From the NCBI GenBank assembly GCA_963797555.1, contig CAWCPV010000003.1:832001-896000 (forward strand): DNA of 64,000 nucleotides, in the 5' to 3' direction. The translations under genes were made by a program, and so were the position numbers. This stretch comes from an uncultured Gammaproteobacteria bacterium (GTDB taxonomy: Bacteria; Pseudomonadota; Gammaproteobacteria; CAWCPV01). Below, piece after piece: positions 52,174 to 61,778 of the stretch (position 1 is its first letter; each line of letters starts with the position of its first letter). The notes beneath the pieces are model-generated. The model saw only the letters and a program-made list of their open reading frames with translations. It was not told the origin of the DNA and did no database searches.

Positions 52174-53226
52174 ATGCATGAGTTGCCACAGATGACATCC
52201 ACCGTCCAGAGGAATTGTCACATCTCTGACGCTAGGTTTGCAGGGGACTATACCCTTTGCATCTACCTACTCAAGATGAGGGAGTACTACCGGTGGGAGA
52301 AGAGGTATCCCCTAGGTGCCGCCCTCCCCAAGGAGGGAGTGGGGAGCTGGCTCGCCGAACGGGAGGGGCTCTGGGAGCGCATCCGGGGTGAACCCCTGGA
52401 GCGCCTGTCGTGGAACGGCAAACGCCACGATCCCTTCGAAGCGGGGGCCATCAACCGGACACTGGTGCCCCAAGGGCTGGTCTACAGCGCCGGTTATGGC
52501 CGGTATGCCAAGCCTCATTTCTTCTTGGGGCGGCTGCAACGCGCCGAGCAGCGCCAGGGCTTCACTATTCTGATTTCCGACGAAGAGTATGCCAGGGATC
52601 TCGTTGCGCCACCGGCCATGACCCAAGGCGAGACCATTTTCGTGAGGCGCGACTCGGTGCGCCGCATGCTCTGGGAGAAGATTGAGGAGTGGCGCTGGCA
52701 GAAGCAGAACAGGGCCATGGAGAGAGCCATGGCCTATTACCAGCCGACTTCGGGTGACAGGCTAGAGCAGTCCCTGGACCGACTCACGGACAAGGAGCTG
52801 GAGCCCGTTATCCTCCATGAGTTGGGAGAGGCCATGCTGGAAGACGTGCTCGGCCGTACCTGGTCCGAGATGCTAGTGACTGTCGCACGCTCCAGAGCAG
52901 AGATCCTGGCACGCGCCATCCGCGATCTGCTGGCGGATTGTGTCTCCACCCTGCCGGGGCTGTTGGCGGCCGAACAGCCGGGAGCGATGCACTTCTACTT
53001 CGCCAACCTCCGCGGGATGCGCAGACAGCTGTTTCCTGATCTTGTGGCCGCATACGAGGTCTGGGCGGATCGCGCCGACCCGGGCGCCTTGAAGCGTACC
53101 GCGGAGGAAGGCAAAGAACGCTGGCTGGAGCAGGCGCGCACGATCCTCGATCTGTACCGCCAGCACGGGCCAGACTGCGCGGGGCCGATAGAGGCTCTGC
53201 AGCCGGCCTCCACCTCAGCGCAGTGA
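52174..53226 (+). CDS. Sfum_1244-like conserved protein
   Basis: VQRNCHISDA, YTLCIYLLKMREYYRWE, YSAGYG..KPHFFL, ILHELGE (HExxE). Confidence 0.7.
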   Translation: MHELPQMTSTVQRNCHISDARFAGDYTLCIYLLKMREYYRWEKRYPLGAALPKEGVGSWLAEREGLWERIRGEPLERLSWNGKRHDPFEAGAINRTLVPQGLVYSAGYGRYAKPHFFLGRLQRAEQRQGFTILISDEEYARDLVAPPAMTQGETIFVRRDSVRRMLWEKIEEWRWQKQNRAMERAMAYYQPTSGDRLEQSLDRLTDKELEPVILHELGEAMLEDVLGRTWSEMLVTVARSRAEILARAIRDLLADCVSTLPGLLAAEQPGAMHFYFANLRGMRRQLFPDLVAAYEVWADRADPGALKRTAEEGKERWLEQARTILDLYRQHGPDCAGPIEALQPASTSAQ

Positions 53227-53367
53227 GGGCTCCCGCCTTGGACGTTGGCCAAGGCCTGATGCAGATCAACAGCCCCAACATCGCGCGCAGCCTTTCGCTC
53301 CGCTAAACCGACGAGGGCGTGAGAGCGCAAGGCGTCTCTGGAGTGCTTACAGGCCGCCACGTCCGCG

Positions 53368-53847
53368 ATGCCAGAATCGCCGCATCCCGACCTACATCCC
53401 TCTGCCCGTGGGACGCTTTGCATCGTGGAGCCCCGGGGCGAAGAGGAGTTCTTGGCCTACTATGACCTGCGCTGGCGAATCCTGAGGAAGCCGTGGGGTC
53501 AACCGCAGGGAAGTGAGCGTGACGGGCTGGAGGAATACAGCATCCATCTCATGGTATGCACCGAGCATGGACAGCCGCTGGGGGTCGGGCGACTGCACTT
53601 CAACACCCCGGCCACAGCGCGGATCCGCTATATGGCCGTCGAAGGAGGTCACCGGGGCCACGGCATCGGCAGCTGGCTACTACGTGAGCTGGAGAACCGC
53701 GGGAAAGCGCAGGGTGCCCGGACAGTCGTGCTAGACGCCCGCGAATTCGCTGCCGGGTTCTATCGCAGGCACGGTTATCGGAACGTCGCCCGCGGACCGA
53801 CGTTGTTCGGTGTCATCCGTCACGTACGCATGGGTAAACACTTGTGA
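53368..53847 (+). CDS. GNAT N-acetyltransferase
   Basis: YYDLRWRILRKPW, ARIRYMAV, RGHGIG, GFYRRHGY. Confidence 0.85.
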   Translation: MPESPHPDLHPSARGTLCIVEPRGEEEFLAYYDLRWRILRKPWGQPQGSERDGLEEYSIHLMVCTEHGQPLGVGRLHFNTPATARIRYMAVEGGHRGHGIGSWLLRELENRGKAQGARTVVLDAREFAAGFYRRHGYRNVARGPTLFGVIRHVRMGKHL

Positions 53848-53895
53848 GCGACGCACACTCATCGTCGGTTTGTGGCTCTTGCCGCAGCGGGACCA

Positions 53896-54246
53896 TCAAG
53901 GCTCTGCGAGCCCGGAGGGGCCGTCACCCATGATGATCTCGGTGTTGAACATCTCGCCATGGGTGTCGATGTCCACCGCGCGGACCCCAGGCAACCGGCT
54001 AAGGATGTATCCAGCCATGAGCGCCGCCATCTTTTGGTCCCCGGTATGCATGGCCGTCAGTATCCTGTCCGCCGCAATCTGACAACGCTGGATCGGGCTC
54101 GGATGTTCTACATAGTCTCTACTCATCTGCCAACCTCTGTCCATGTCCCGGTCCATCATGGAGAAGAAATCCTCTGCCTCCTCCAACACCTCCCGTGGGA
54201 CTTGGATTGGATACGGCTCGCTATCGACGTAGACGTTCAGCATCAT
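53896..54246 (-). CDS. conserved hypothetical protein
   Basis: DFFSMMDRDMDRGWQMSR...RCQIAADRILTA...LMAGYIL. Confidence 0.7.
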   Translation of the reverse strand: MMLNVYVDSEPYPIQVPREVLEEAEDFFSMMDRDMDRGWQMSRDYVEHPSPIQRCQIAADRILTAMHTGDQKMAALMAGYILSRLPGVRAVDIDTHGEMFNTEIIMGDGPSGLAEP

Positions 54247-54390
54247 GCGCTGCTCCTGGAACAAGGGATCGAGCCGGGTTAGCGGATACACCATCGAATC
54301 ACGTCGCCGCTGGGACGCCGGCTACCGACTTGTGCTACCGCCCGCCGACTGACGACCCAGCAACCCCAAGCCGCATTGTGCCCCGGAACA

Positions 54391-54666
54391 TCAACCGAGC
54401 CGGTAGTGCTTGCGCACGGGGCTGGTAATCTTCCAGGTACAAACCAGCCCGGGCAGGAAGGTTACGAGGTCACCCTGCGCGATACGAACCGCCTTCCCCC
54501 CTTCGGGCGTCACAACCGCTTCGCCCTCCAAGAGATAGCACGTCTCTGTCTGCTCGTAGTGCCAGGGAAACTCGGACTGCTCCTTGGCCCATATCGGCCA
54601 GCCATCTACCCTGAGCACCTCCAGCTTCATGGGTGAGGGTTCGTGCTCAACCAGTATCCTATCCAT
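54391..54666 (-). CDS. cupin (DUF861/EutQ-like)
   Basis: WPIWAKE, FPWHYEQTETCYLLEG, GDLVTF, CTWKI, VRKHY. Confidence 0.85.
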   Translation of the reverse strand: MDRILVEHEPSPMKLEVLRVDGWPIWAKEQSEFPWHYEQTETCYLLEGEAVVTPEGGKAVRIAQGDLVTFLPGLVCTWKITSPVRKHYRLG

Positions 54667-55030
54667 AAGCTCACCTCGGTTTAACTCTTAATAGTACTGC
54701 GCGTAGGCGGAACGCCGCCGGCCTGGCCCGTTGCCCGCACTCGTTGCCTGAAGCCGCTCCAACAGACCGTTCAGCAAGCTTGCGCGAGATCGCCTGGGTA
54801 GCCCTCCTTCCCGTCCATCAAGCTTCATCTCGAGCGCCATCTTGACCGTATCAGCCGTTTAACGCGCCGTCAACGTCTCGACCCCATCGCGACGCTCAGG
54901 GCGCACCCCGGCAAACATATGGCCAGATACCGGATAGACAGCAAGGACACACTGGGAAACGCCTTCGCAAGCCGGTAACAGACATGGTGCCTGGCGTGAG
55001 TGCGAATGAGCCACGAGACGTCGGGTGGCC

Positions 55031-55061
55031 GGGTCGTAGTCGAAACTTTCGTCTACGACCC
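55031..55061. repeat. 31-nt near-perfect palindrome
   Basis: GGGTCGTAGTCGAAA-C-TTTCGTCTACGACCC. Confidence 0.7.
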
Positions 55062-55199
55062 ATACGTGGGGACAACGCGGTAGCTCGGAGCGAATCTGGT
55101 AGGCGAGGCAGCTAGCCGCTCATCCGGAACCCGATCGCGCGTCCCGACGAGAGGATCACCGTGAGATGGACGGCCCGGCGTTGAGCCAGTTTGGAACTT

Positions 55200-56333
55200 C
55201 TACGCAGCCATACCCCGCAGCACGGCATACTGCTCGAGGAGCGGCGCGGTAACGGGCTCGATTTTCCTGCGCATCAGAGCGCCGACTGCCGTGGTGCGGG
55301 CGAAAATCGACCGTACCAGTGGCTCACCCACCTGCGACAGGACTAACATGGCTCGGATCTCCTCACGTAGCTCCGGCACCGCTTCCAGCAAGTCGCGGAG
55401 CGCATCGGGGCAGCCGTCCGCCAATCCACTGGAGGACACGCGCTCAGCGAACTGCACGATAGCACCGATATCACTCTCGTCGGCTGCTGGCAGCCGCACT
55501 GCCGCCAAGTAGTCCCTAAGGGTCTCCAGGACCGCCACGACGACCTCTTGGTCAACCGGCCTGCGCAGCACAGTCTCGCTGACCGCCAGATAGGTCTGCC
55601 CGGGTCCCGAAAGCAGGCGCGATAGCTGAAGGGCGAATGGGTTTGCCGCTGCGATTAGGGGCTCCATCCGTTGGCGTTGGCGCTCCCAGTCCGGCCGCGC
55701 GGAATGCCGCTCCGGCAGATTGTCCGGTGACACTTGCAGAAACCCGATGGAGCAAGCGTTGGTTCGGCTGCTCGTGCTCCATATCCGCTGGCGTAGGTCT
55801 TCGTTAATCAAACCCTCTTGCAGCACGAGGCGTGTCGTCTCGATGAGCATCCCGGGATCTTCCTCGAAGGGCAGGTACTCCACCAGATACTCGGCCAACA
55901 CTCTCCCCATTTCCCCCTTCACCACGGCTGCCCGTTGTAGCATGTGTCGGGCGATCTCCGGCGTAGGCATCGCCCACCATGCTCTGCGGGCGAGATCATC
56001 TGTCAGTCCCGGAGCGCATGAGACCGCAACCACCGCCTCAGGCTCACCCAACATGAGCAGCTGATCGAGGCGCGTGCTATTCATCTGGCCCATGCGCGTC
56101 CAGCGCCGGAGGTACACAGGATATCCTCGGGGCGACCCCAGCACATGGGTCGAGAACATTTCGCGTACCAAGCGTAGGTAGGAATCCGCCCGACATGTCG
56201 GATTGAGGGAGACTTTCGCTTCCCCGACTTCGAGCAGACCATGAACGCACAGGGCATGCTCGTCGATGCGGACGGCCTGCGCATTGACCAGCAGGACGTT
56301 CAGACGCAGCATATCTTCACTCGACAGGCCCAT
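55200..56333 (-). CDS. dsrS: sulfur-oxidation protein DsrS
   Basis: LSSEDMLRLNVLL, HVLGSPRGYPVYLRRWTRMGQM, LLMLGEPEAVVAV, LARRAWW, LPFEED, LMRRKIEP. Confidence 0.85.
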   Translation of the reverse strand: MGLSSEDMLRLNVLLVNAQAVRIDEHALCVHGLLEVGEAKVSLNPTCRADSYLRLVREMFSTHVLGSPRGYPVYLRRWTRMGQMNSTRLDQLLMLGEPEAVVAVSCAPGLTDDLARRAWWAMPTPEIARHMLQRAAVVKGEMGRVLAEYLVEYLPFEEDPGMLIETTRLVLQEGLINEDLRQRIWSTSSRTNACSIGFLQVSPDNLPERHSARPDWERQRQRMEPLIAAANPFALQLSRLLSGPGQTYLAVSETVLRRPVDQEVVVAVLETLRDYLAAVRLPAADESDIGAIVQFAERVSSSGLADGCPDALRDLLEAVPELREEIRAMLVLSQVGEPLVRSIFARTTAVGALMRRKIEPVTAPLLEQYAVLRGMAA

Positions 56334-56593
56334 GTGCTGTAATCCTGAAAATGCGCCGCACGTGCCCCACAGCTCCCCCGCCTCGTTTGTGGGATCGCCA
56401 GAGGTAGAGGGAACCGGTCACAGCGCCGCGACCGTTTTCATGTTGCTGGGGTGGGGAATTTCGCCACAACCGTTCAGGCAGCACGGTGTTCGTTGTCCCC
56501 CGCACACGAGGACAGCCTCCCCGATGGGCGAAAGCGCATGCCTGCGAGGCAGGACTTCCCGACGCTATTTGGAAGCATGATAGGCTCATTTCG

Positions 56594-58110
56594 GGCTCTT
56601 TCGGTAATTGTGTGGATCGTGGTGGTCGAGTAGCATCCGTTCTGAGCAATCGTCTATCACAACATCTTGTGGTTGGGCCTGTGGGGTTGTGGGCGAGAGG
56701 CCCGCGAGTGTGGGCAACCGGGAGGTTGTCCACACGGTCCTTGGGACGCGGGCCGCTCCGCAGGACTCGTCCACAAATCCACAGGCCATCAAGGGGGGAG
56801 CGCCATGGAGCCAACGCATCTATTCACGACGGCACTGGGCCTCACGGCGCCTTGGGAAGTCACCGGCGTACGCTTTGACCCCGAGGCTGGGCGCATCGAC
56901 CTCGAGGTGGCCTTTGCCAAGGGGAGCCGCTTCGCCTGCCCGGCGTGCGGAGTGCCAGGCCAGCCGGTGCATGATACCCGCAAGCGCAGCTGGCAGCACC
57001 TGAGCTTCTTTAAGTCACGGGCAGACCTGCACGCGCATCTGCCGCGAGTGCGCTGTGAGAGCTGCGGCAAGACGACTCAGGTCGAGCCGCCGTGGGCGCG
57101 CGCACACAGTGGCTTCACCGCGCTGATGGAGGCACTGGTGGTGACGCTGTGCCAGGCGATGCCGGTGGCGACCGTCGCCCGGCACCTGGGCGTGGGCGAT
57201 GAGCGCCTGTGGGGGGTGCTCGAGCACTACGTGGAGGCGGCCCGCGCCCAGGAGGACCACTCCCCGGTGCGCGCCGTGGGCCTGGACGAGACCGCCGCCC
57301 GGCGTGGGCAGCACTACATCAGCCTGTTCCATGACCTCACGGGCAAACGCCTGCTGTTCGCCTGCGAGGGCCGCGACCAGAGCACCGTGGCGGCCTTTGC
57401 CGCCGACCTCCAGGCGCACGGGGGCGACCCGCAGGCCATCGAGCAGGTGTGCATCGACCTGTCCGCCGCTTATCTCGCCGGGGTGACCAAGCATCTGCCT
57501 AAAGCCACGGTGAGCTTCGATGCCTTCCATGTCATCCAGCTCGCCAACCAGGCCGTCGATACAGTGCGCCGCGAGGAGGTCAAGACCGAGCCCGCCCTCA
57601 GGGGCACCCGCTGGACCTGGCTCAAAGACGCCCACGACTGGACCTGGGAGCAGCTCACCGACTTCCACTGGCTCTCTCCCGCGCCCGGCTCAAGACCGCC
57701 CGTGCCTGGCGCCTCAAGGAGGCGCTGCGCGATATCTACGCCACGGCCAGCACCCTCGAGCAGGCCGAGAGCGCCCTCGGGCGCTGGTATAGCTGGGCAC
57801 GGCGTAGCCGCCTGCAGCCCATGAAACGCCTCGCCACTACCCTGAAAGAGCACTGGGACGGCGTGCTCGCCGCATTCCACTCCGGCCTCACCAACGGCCG
57901 CGCCGAGGGCATCAACTCCCTCATCCAGGCTGCCAAAGCCCGCGCCCGAGGCTACCGCACCACGCGCTCGCTCATCACCATCGCCTACCTCATCGCGGGC
58001 AACCTGGCCCACTTGCCGGCCTTGCCGTTCAACACACGATCTTGTGTCAGACCTCAGGCAGAGGCTGCCGCAGCGTAAGCATATCTACCCACACGATTCC
58101 GGTAAGAACC
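56594..58110 (+). mobile_element. ISL3-family IS, copy 3 (transposase frameshifted near 57676)
   Basis: Same termini as copy 2; 8-bp direct repeat TCATTTCG at 56586-56593 and 58111-58118. Confidence 0.95.
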
Positions 58111-58321
58111 TCATTTCGCCTGTTGACACAACCCGAGTCGCGAACATCTACCGCTGACGAGGTATCCCAGTGGGACATAGACCTCCTCCGGCATGAATTA
58201 CCCGTATTGTCTTTGTGACAACCACAGCCCCAGACGAGGCGGCTTGTTGGCTTGGCTCAGCTGTAATATCATTAGCAGCCGACGGCTCGATTCCCCGTGT
58301 TCTCAGTGAGGAGCTAGGCGT

Positions 58322-58519
58322 ATGAACAAGCATTATTACGAGATTGTCGACCGCTTGGAAAAGATGGGCACCAACCGGGAATATATCGTTGGCTGGATGA
58401 CTGGCTATCTGGGAAACCCCGCCAGGGAAGAACAACGCACCAACGACGCTTACACTGCAGGTTACGAGGACGGCAAGAACGACACGACCGATCGGGCCGG
58501 GGCATGGAAGAAGGCGTAA
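58322..58519 (+). CDS. Alvin_2107-like small sulfur-globule-oxidation protein
   Basis: YYEIVDRLEKMG..EYIVGWMTGYLGNPAREEQR..DAYTAGYEDG; GAGGAG RBS. Confidence 0.7.
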   Translation: MNKHYYEIVDRLEKMGTNREYIVGWMTGYLGNPAREEQRTNDAYTAGYEDGKNDTTDRAGAWKKA

Positions 58520-58634
58520 GCGCTCCCGCTCAGCCTCCGGGGCAACCCATCGAGGTGCGAAAACCAGAGCAGGAGAACCCTTCCTCTTGCTATCGTCTCC
58601 CTTCACTCCGAGTCGATTCGATCACAGTATGGGG

Positions 58635-59246
58635 TTACTGGTCTGGGTCGATGTTCATCGGCACATGACGGGGCGTGGTCCCGTATAGCGCGCCCACGGC
58701 CTGCCTGAGATTCTCTATGGCCTCAGGGCCGTCAATCTCGATAACCTGCTCCGCGATCCAACGATTCACCTGCTCCGACCCCATTAGTGCCTGGATCTTC
58801 TCCGCCAGATAGCGGAGCGCGCTGTAACTCGCCATCTCGGCATCAAATGGCATCTCGGCATAATCCTGCGAGCGTTCGTTGAGCAAAGCGATAAACGCCG
58901 TCCCGTAATTCGCCGGCCCTATCAGGTCGGTCTGGTTATCGTGGAGGTGTCTCGTAACGGCCCGCGCCACGGACGTTACGAAGCGCCCTCGGTCTTCGTC
59001 AACCATCTGGGGGGCGGTCAGGCGGTCCGATAGATGGACCAGGAATGCCAGATACTCGCTAACGACCCCAAGGCGCTGTCCGTCGGACTCGTAAACGTAG
59101 TCCTGCTCGTGCAAATTCTTCGCGCAGGTGACGGCGATACGCCAGATATTAGACGCCAGCACCACGGCGTTATCGTCCAAAGACCTGGTTCTGTCCTTGT
59201 CCCGCCACTTGGTTTTGAGCCGCATCCGCATAGCTGCTGTCTCCAT
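58635..59246 (-). CDS. conserved hypothetical protein
   Basis: RLKTKW...IWRIA...EYLAFLVHLSDR...LLNERSQDY...WIAEQVIEIDGP. Confidence 0.75.
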   Translation of the reverse strand: METAAMRMRLKTKWRDKDRTRSLDDNAVVLASNIWRIAVTCAKNLHEQDYVYESDGQRLGVVSEYLAFLVHLSDRLTAPQMVDEDRGRFVTSVARAVTRHLHDNQTDLIGPANYGTAFIALLNERSQDYAEMPFDAEMASYSALRYLAEKIQALMGSEQVNRWIAEQVIEIDGPEAIENLRQAVGALYGTTPRHVPMNIDPDQ

Positions 59247-59490
59247 TGAACTCCGACCCGGCTGAGGTCAGCGCCCATGGGCGCCCCGCGTATTGGGACC
59301 GGTCCGCCCGAATGCGTTGACCACGCACCTCTTGAATTCGCCACGATACAACTATTAAAAGGATCCGTCTGTGTCCCGTGCAACGTCTGCCCTTCGCTGT
59401 ATACCGCAAGCGCACTTTCGCCCATAATGTCCGTCGGGTCCCCGCGCACGACACCACCCGCGTCCCGAATTAGGGTGATCCAACCTGGTC

Positions 59491-60162
59491 ATGTTGCTAC
59501 GCATCCCTTCCGTCCTCTCTGCGCGCCAGATCGAGGCTGTTCGCAGCTTGCTGCACCGGGCCCATTTCGTGGACGGCAGACTGTCGGCGGGATCCGCCGC
59601 TGGCCGGGTCAAGCAGAACCAGGAACTGGACCAGAGCGCCCCCGAGCTGGACACCCTGAACAGCGTCGTCATGGGCAGCCTGGTGCGCCATTCGATCTAT
59701 CTCAGCGGAGCGCTACCGCAGCGTGTCGCCGTGCCCTATTACGCGCGTTATACGGCCGGCATGGCCTATGGGGACCATGTCGACGACCCGGTCATGGGCC
59801 CCGGGCCGCGCTACCGTTCGGATATCGCCATCACGGTGTTTCTGAGCGACCGGGAGGATTACGACGGCGGAGAACTCGTCGTCCGCACGCCCTTCGGGGA
59901 GCAAGAGATCAAGCTCCCCGCCGGCGACGCAGTGATGTACCCGGCATCTAGCCGGCATCGCGTCGCCGAGGTGACGCGCGGGGAGCGTTTGGTCGCACTG
60001 ACCTGGGTGCAAAGCCTGGTTCGGGATCCGGTAAGGCGGGAGCTCCTGTACGAGTTGGGACTGGCCAGAGACCGCCTCATGGAGGTATCGCCGGACGCCG
60101 AGGAGACGGCCCGAGTAAGCCACGCATACGCCAACCTCATCCGCATGTGGGCAGAGGTGTAA
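59491..60162 (+). CDS. PKHD-type Fe(II)-dependent hydroxylase (PiuC/YbiX family)
   Basis: FVDGRLSAG, KQNQEL, YGDHVDD, RSDIAITVFL, YDGGEL, HRVAEVTRGER, NLIRMWAE. Confidence 0.88.
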   Translation: MLLRIPSVLSARQIEAVRSLLHRAHFVDGRLSAGSAAGRVKQNQELDQSAPELDTLNSVVMGSLVRHSIYLSGALPQRVAVPYYARYTAGMAYGDHVDDPVMGPGPRYRSDIAITVFLSDREDYDGGELVVRTPFGEQEIKLPAGDAVMYPASSRHRVAEVTRGERLVALTWVQSLVRDPVRRELLYELGLARDRLMEVSPDAEETARVSHAYANLIRMWAEV

Positions 60163-60373
60163 AGGCTGCAGGCGCGGCTGGCGTCCGCGATGAGCCGACA
60201 CGTCAGCTAAGGGGCGCGTCCGGAAATGACTGTATCAACTGTCCGTTGGCAGGATGGTGTAATTCCACTCCCCGTGAAGGGAGTCCCGCTGGATGTTGAG
60301 GTTGGCCATCTCCCCATCCGACCCTAAGAGCTTCCCGGGCCGGCCATGAAAAGTTCAGCGTACGCGAAAGGCG

Positions 60374-60577
60374 TCAGCGTTTCGAACCGACCTGCTGGTG
60401 GGCAAGATCGACCACTCTCATGGCAAGATCCTGGTATTCCTTGCGGAAGTTCTCCAGCGGGTGTCCGGAATCCGGGGTGTAGTAATCCTTCGGATCCACC
60501 CCGTGGGCATGCTCGTATGCCATGAACTGCTTTTGCAGCTCCAGCATTCGACGAATCAGCTCCTGCTTCTCACTCAT
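60374..60577 (-). CDS. small hypothetical protein
   Basis: MSEKQELIRRMLELQKQFMAYEH..GVDPKDYY..GHPL; GGAGG RBS. Confidence 0.75.
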   Translation of the reverse strand: MSEKQELIRRMLELQKQFMAYEHAHGVDPKDYYTPDSGHPLENFRKEYQDLAMRVVDLAHQQVGSKR

Positions 60578-60657
60578 TGCACTGGCCTCCAAGACTGCCA
60601 TTATTTAAACAGTCTAACATACGGCGCTTGACTGTCTGCGCTTACTGCGCTTCGCCA

Positions 60658-60999
60658 TCAGTAACCGCCTTTGCGTCGGCTCTCCGGCAGACCGGCGATG
60701 CGCCCGGCCTGTTTGCTGGGGTCCAAGGGGAAAAGCTGGTAGAGCGAATTCGCGCTGACCTTCTGGTCACCCCATCTTTCCTGCATGCCCTTCACCATGC
60801 TTCGGGTGTTCGGCTGGCTCCCGGCATTGTTGAAATACTCGTCCCTCAAGTAATTGAGGACATCCCAATGGCGTTGGGTCAGCTCAATGCCCTCGCTGGC
60901 AGCGATCGCCTCAGCGACCCGCTCGTTCCAATCCTCTTGGTTGACCAAGAAACCGGGCGCAGTCATTTCAATGGTTCGCCCGTCGACTTCTAGTGCCAT
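60658..60999 (-). CDS. TusE/DsrC-fold protein with no cysteines (RspA-type)
   Basis: GFLVNQEDWNE, LTQRHWDVLNYLR, LYQLFPLDPSKQAGRIAGLPESRRKGGY. Confidence 0.85.
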   Translation of the reverse strand: MALEVDGRTIEMTAPGFLVNQEDWNERVAEAIAASEGIELTQRHWDVLNYLRDEYFNNAGSQPNTRSMVKGMQERWGDQKVSANSLYQLFPLDPSKQAGRIAGLPESRRKGGY

Positions 61000-61086
61000 A
61001 TATGTCGCTCCTTTAGCTCCTCTTCGAGGTCCACACATGCACCGACTCTTTGACCAGAGCCCACAACGTGACCAAAAACGTCCACT

Positions 61087-61777
61087 TCAGTCTCCGCTGA
61101 CCTGCTGGGCTGGTCCGACACCCTTGTGGGGAAGAAACAGGCCGCACCCAAGTTTGACGTCCAGGACCGAGGCCTCGCTGCTGCAGCCTGACGGATGCGT
61201 GGACTTCCAAATCGGCGACCATCAGACTACGGGTCAGGATGTCACTCCCGGGCGTCCTAATGACATGCGCTCGTCCACACACCAGCTTTCGAACGGGGAA
61301 GCCCTCCCCCTCTAGGAGGCCAGCCGCATGGGCGAGGAACTGCTGTTCGTCGGACTCCGGCGGCGCCGCCACATACCGTGCGAATAAGGTGGGTAGCGTG
61401 CTCAGGGGCCGCACCGAGGATTTCCCCACCTCCAGGGGGCAATCACCGACATCGAGCGTTGCGCCCACGAGCCTACGCGCCTGGCCCAGCCGTTCCTTGG
61501 GTAGGCGCAGTACCATCTTGGTGCGGCGAGAAAGGTGGAGCCGCTGGCCCGACGATTCGTCCGGCCGGTACCAGCCGTTACCAGATTCGGCCACATGGAT
61601 CTGGTGGATTCCCGCGTTGGGCTCGGTCCGCAACCAGGGGAGCACCGCCCATACCGCCTCGGCGAGCGCGTACGCGTGGTCCACCGGAAGAAGCCGGCCC
61701 GTGATCGCAAACGATAGGTCGACCACGTCGACTGGGACGACGTAGGGTTCCTGCGCCTCGTCTTGTTCCCAATAAAT
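61087..61777 (-). CDS. cas6: Cas6/Cmx6-like (type I-MYXAN) RAMP endoribonuclease, stand-alone; ATT at the expected start and +1 frameshift near 61157
   Basis: VVDLSFAITGRLLPVDHAYAL, GIHQIHVAESGNGW, LSRRTKMVLRLP, LFARYV, and G-rich loop LQQRGLGPGR-KLGCGLFLPHK after correcting one indel. Confidence 0.8.
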
Positions 61778-61778
61778 G

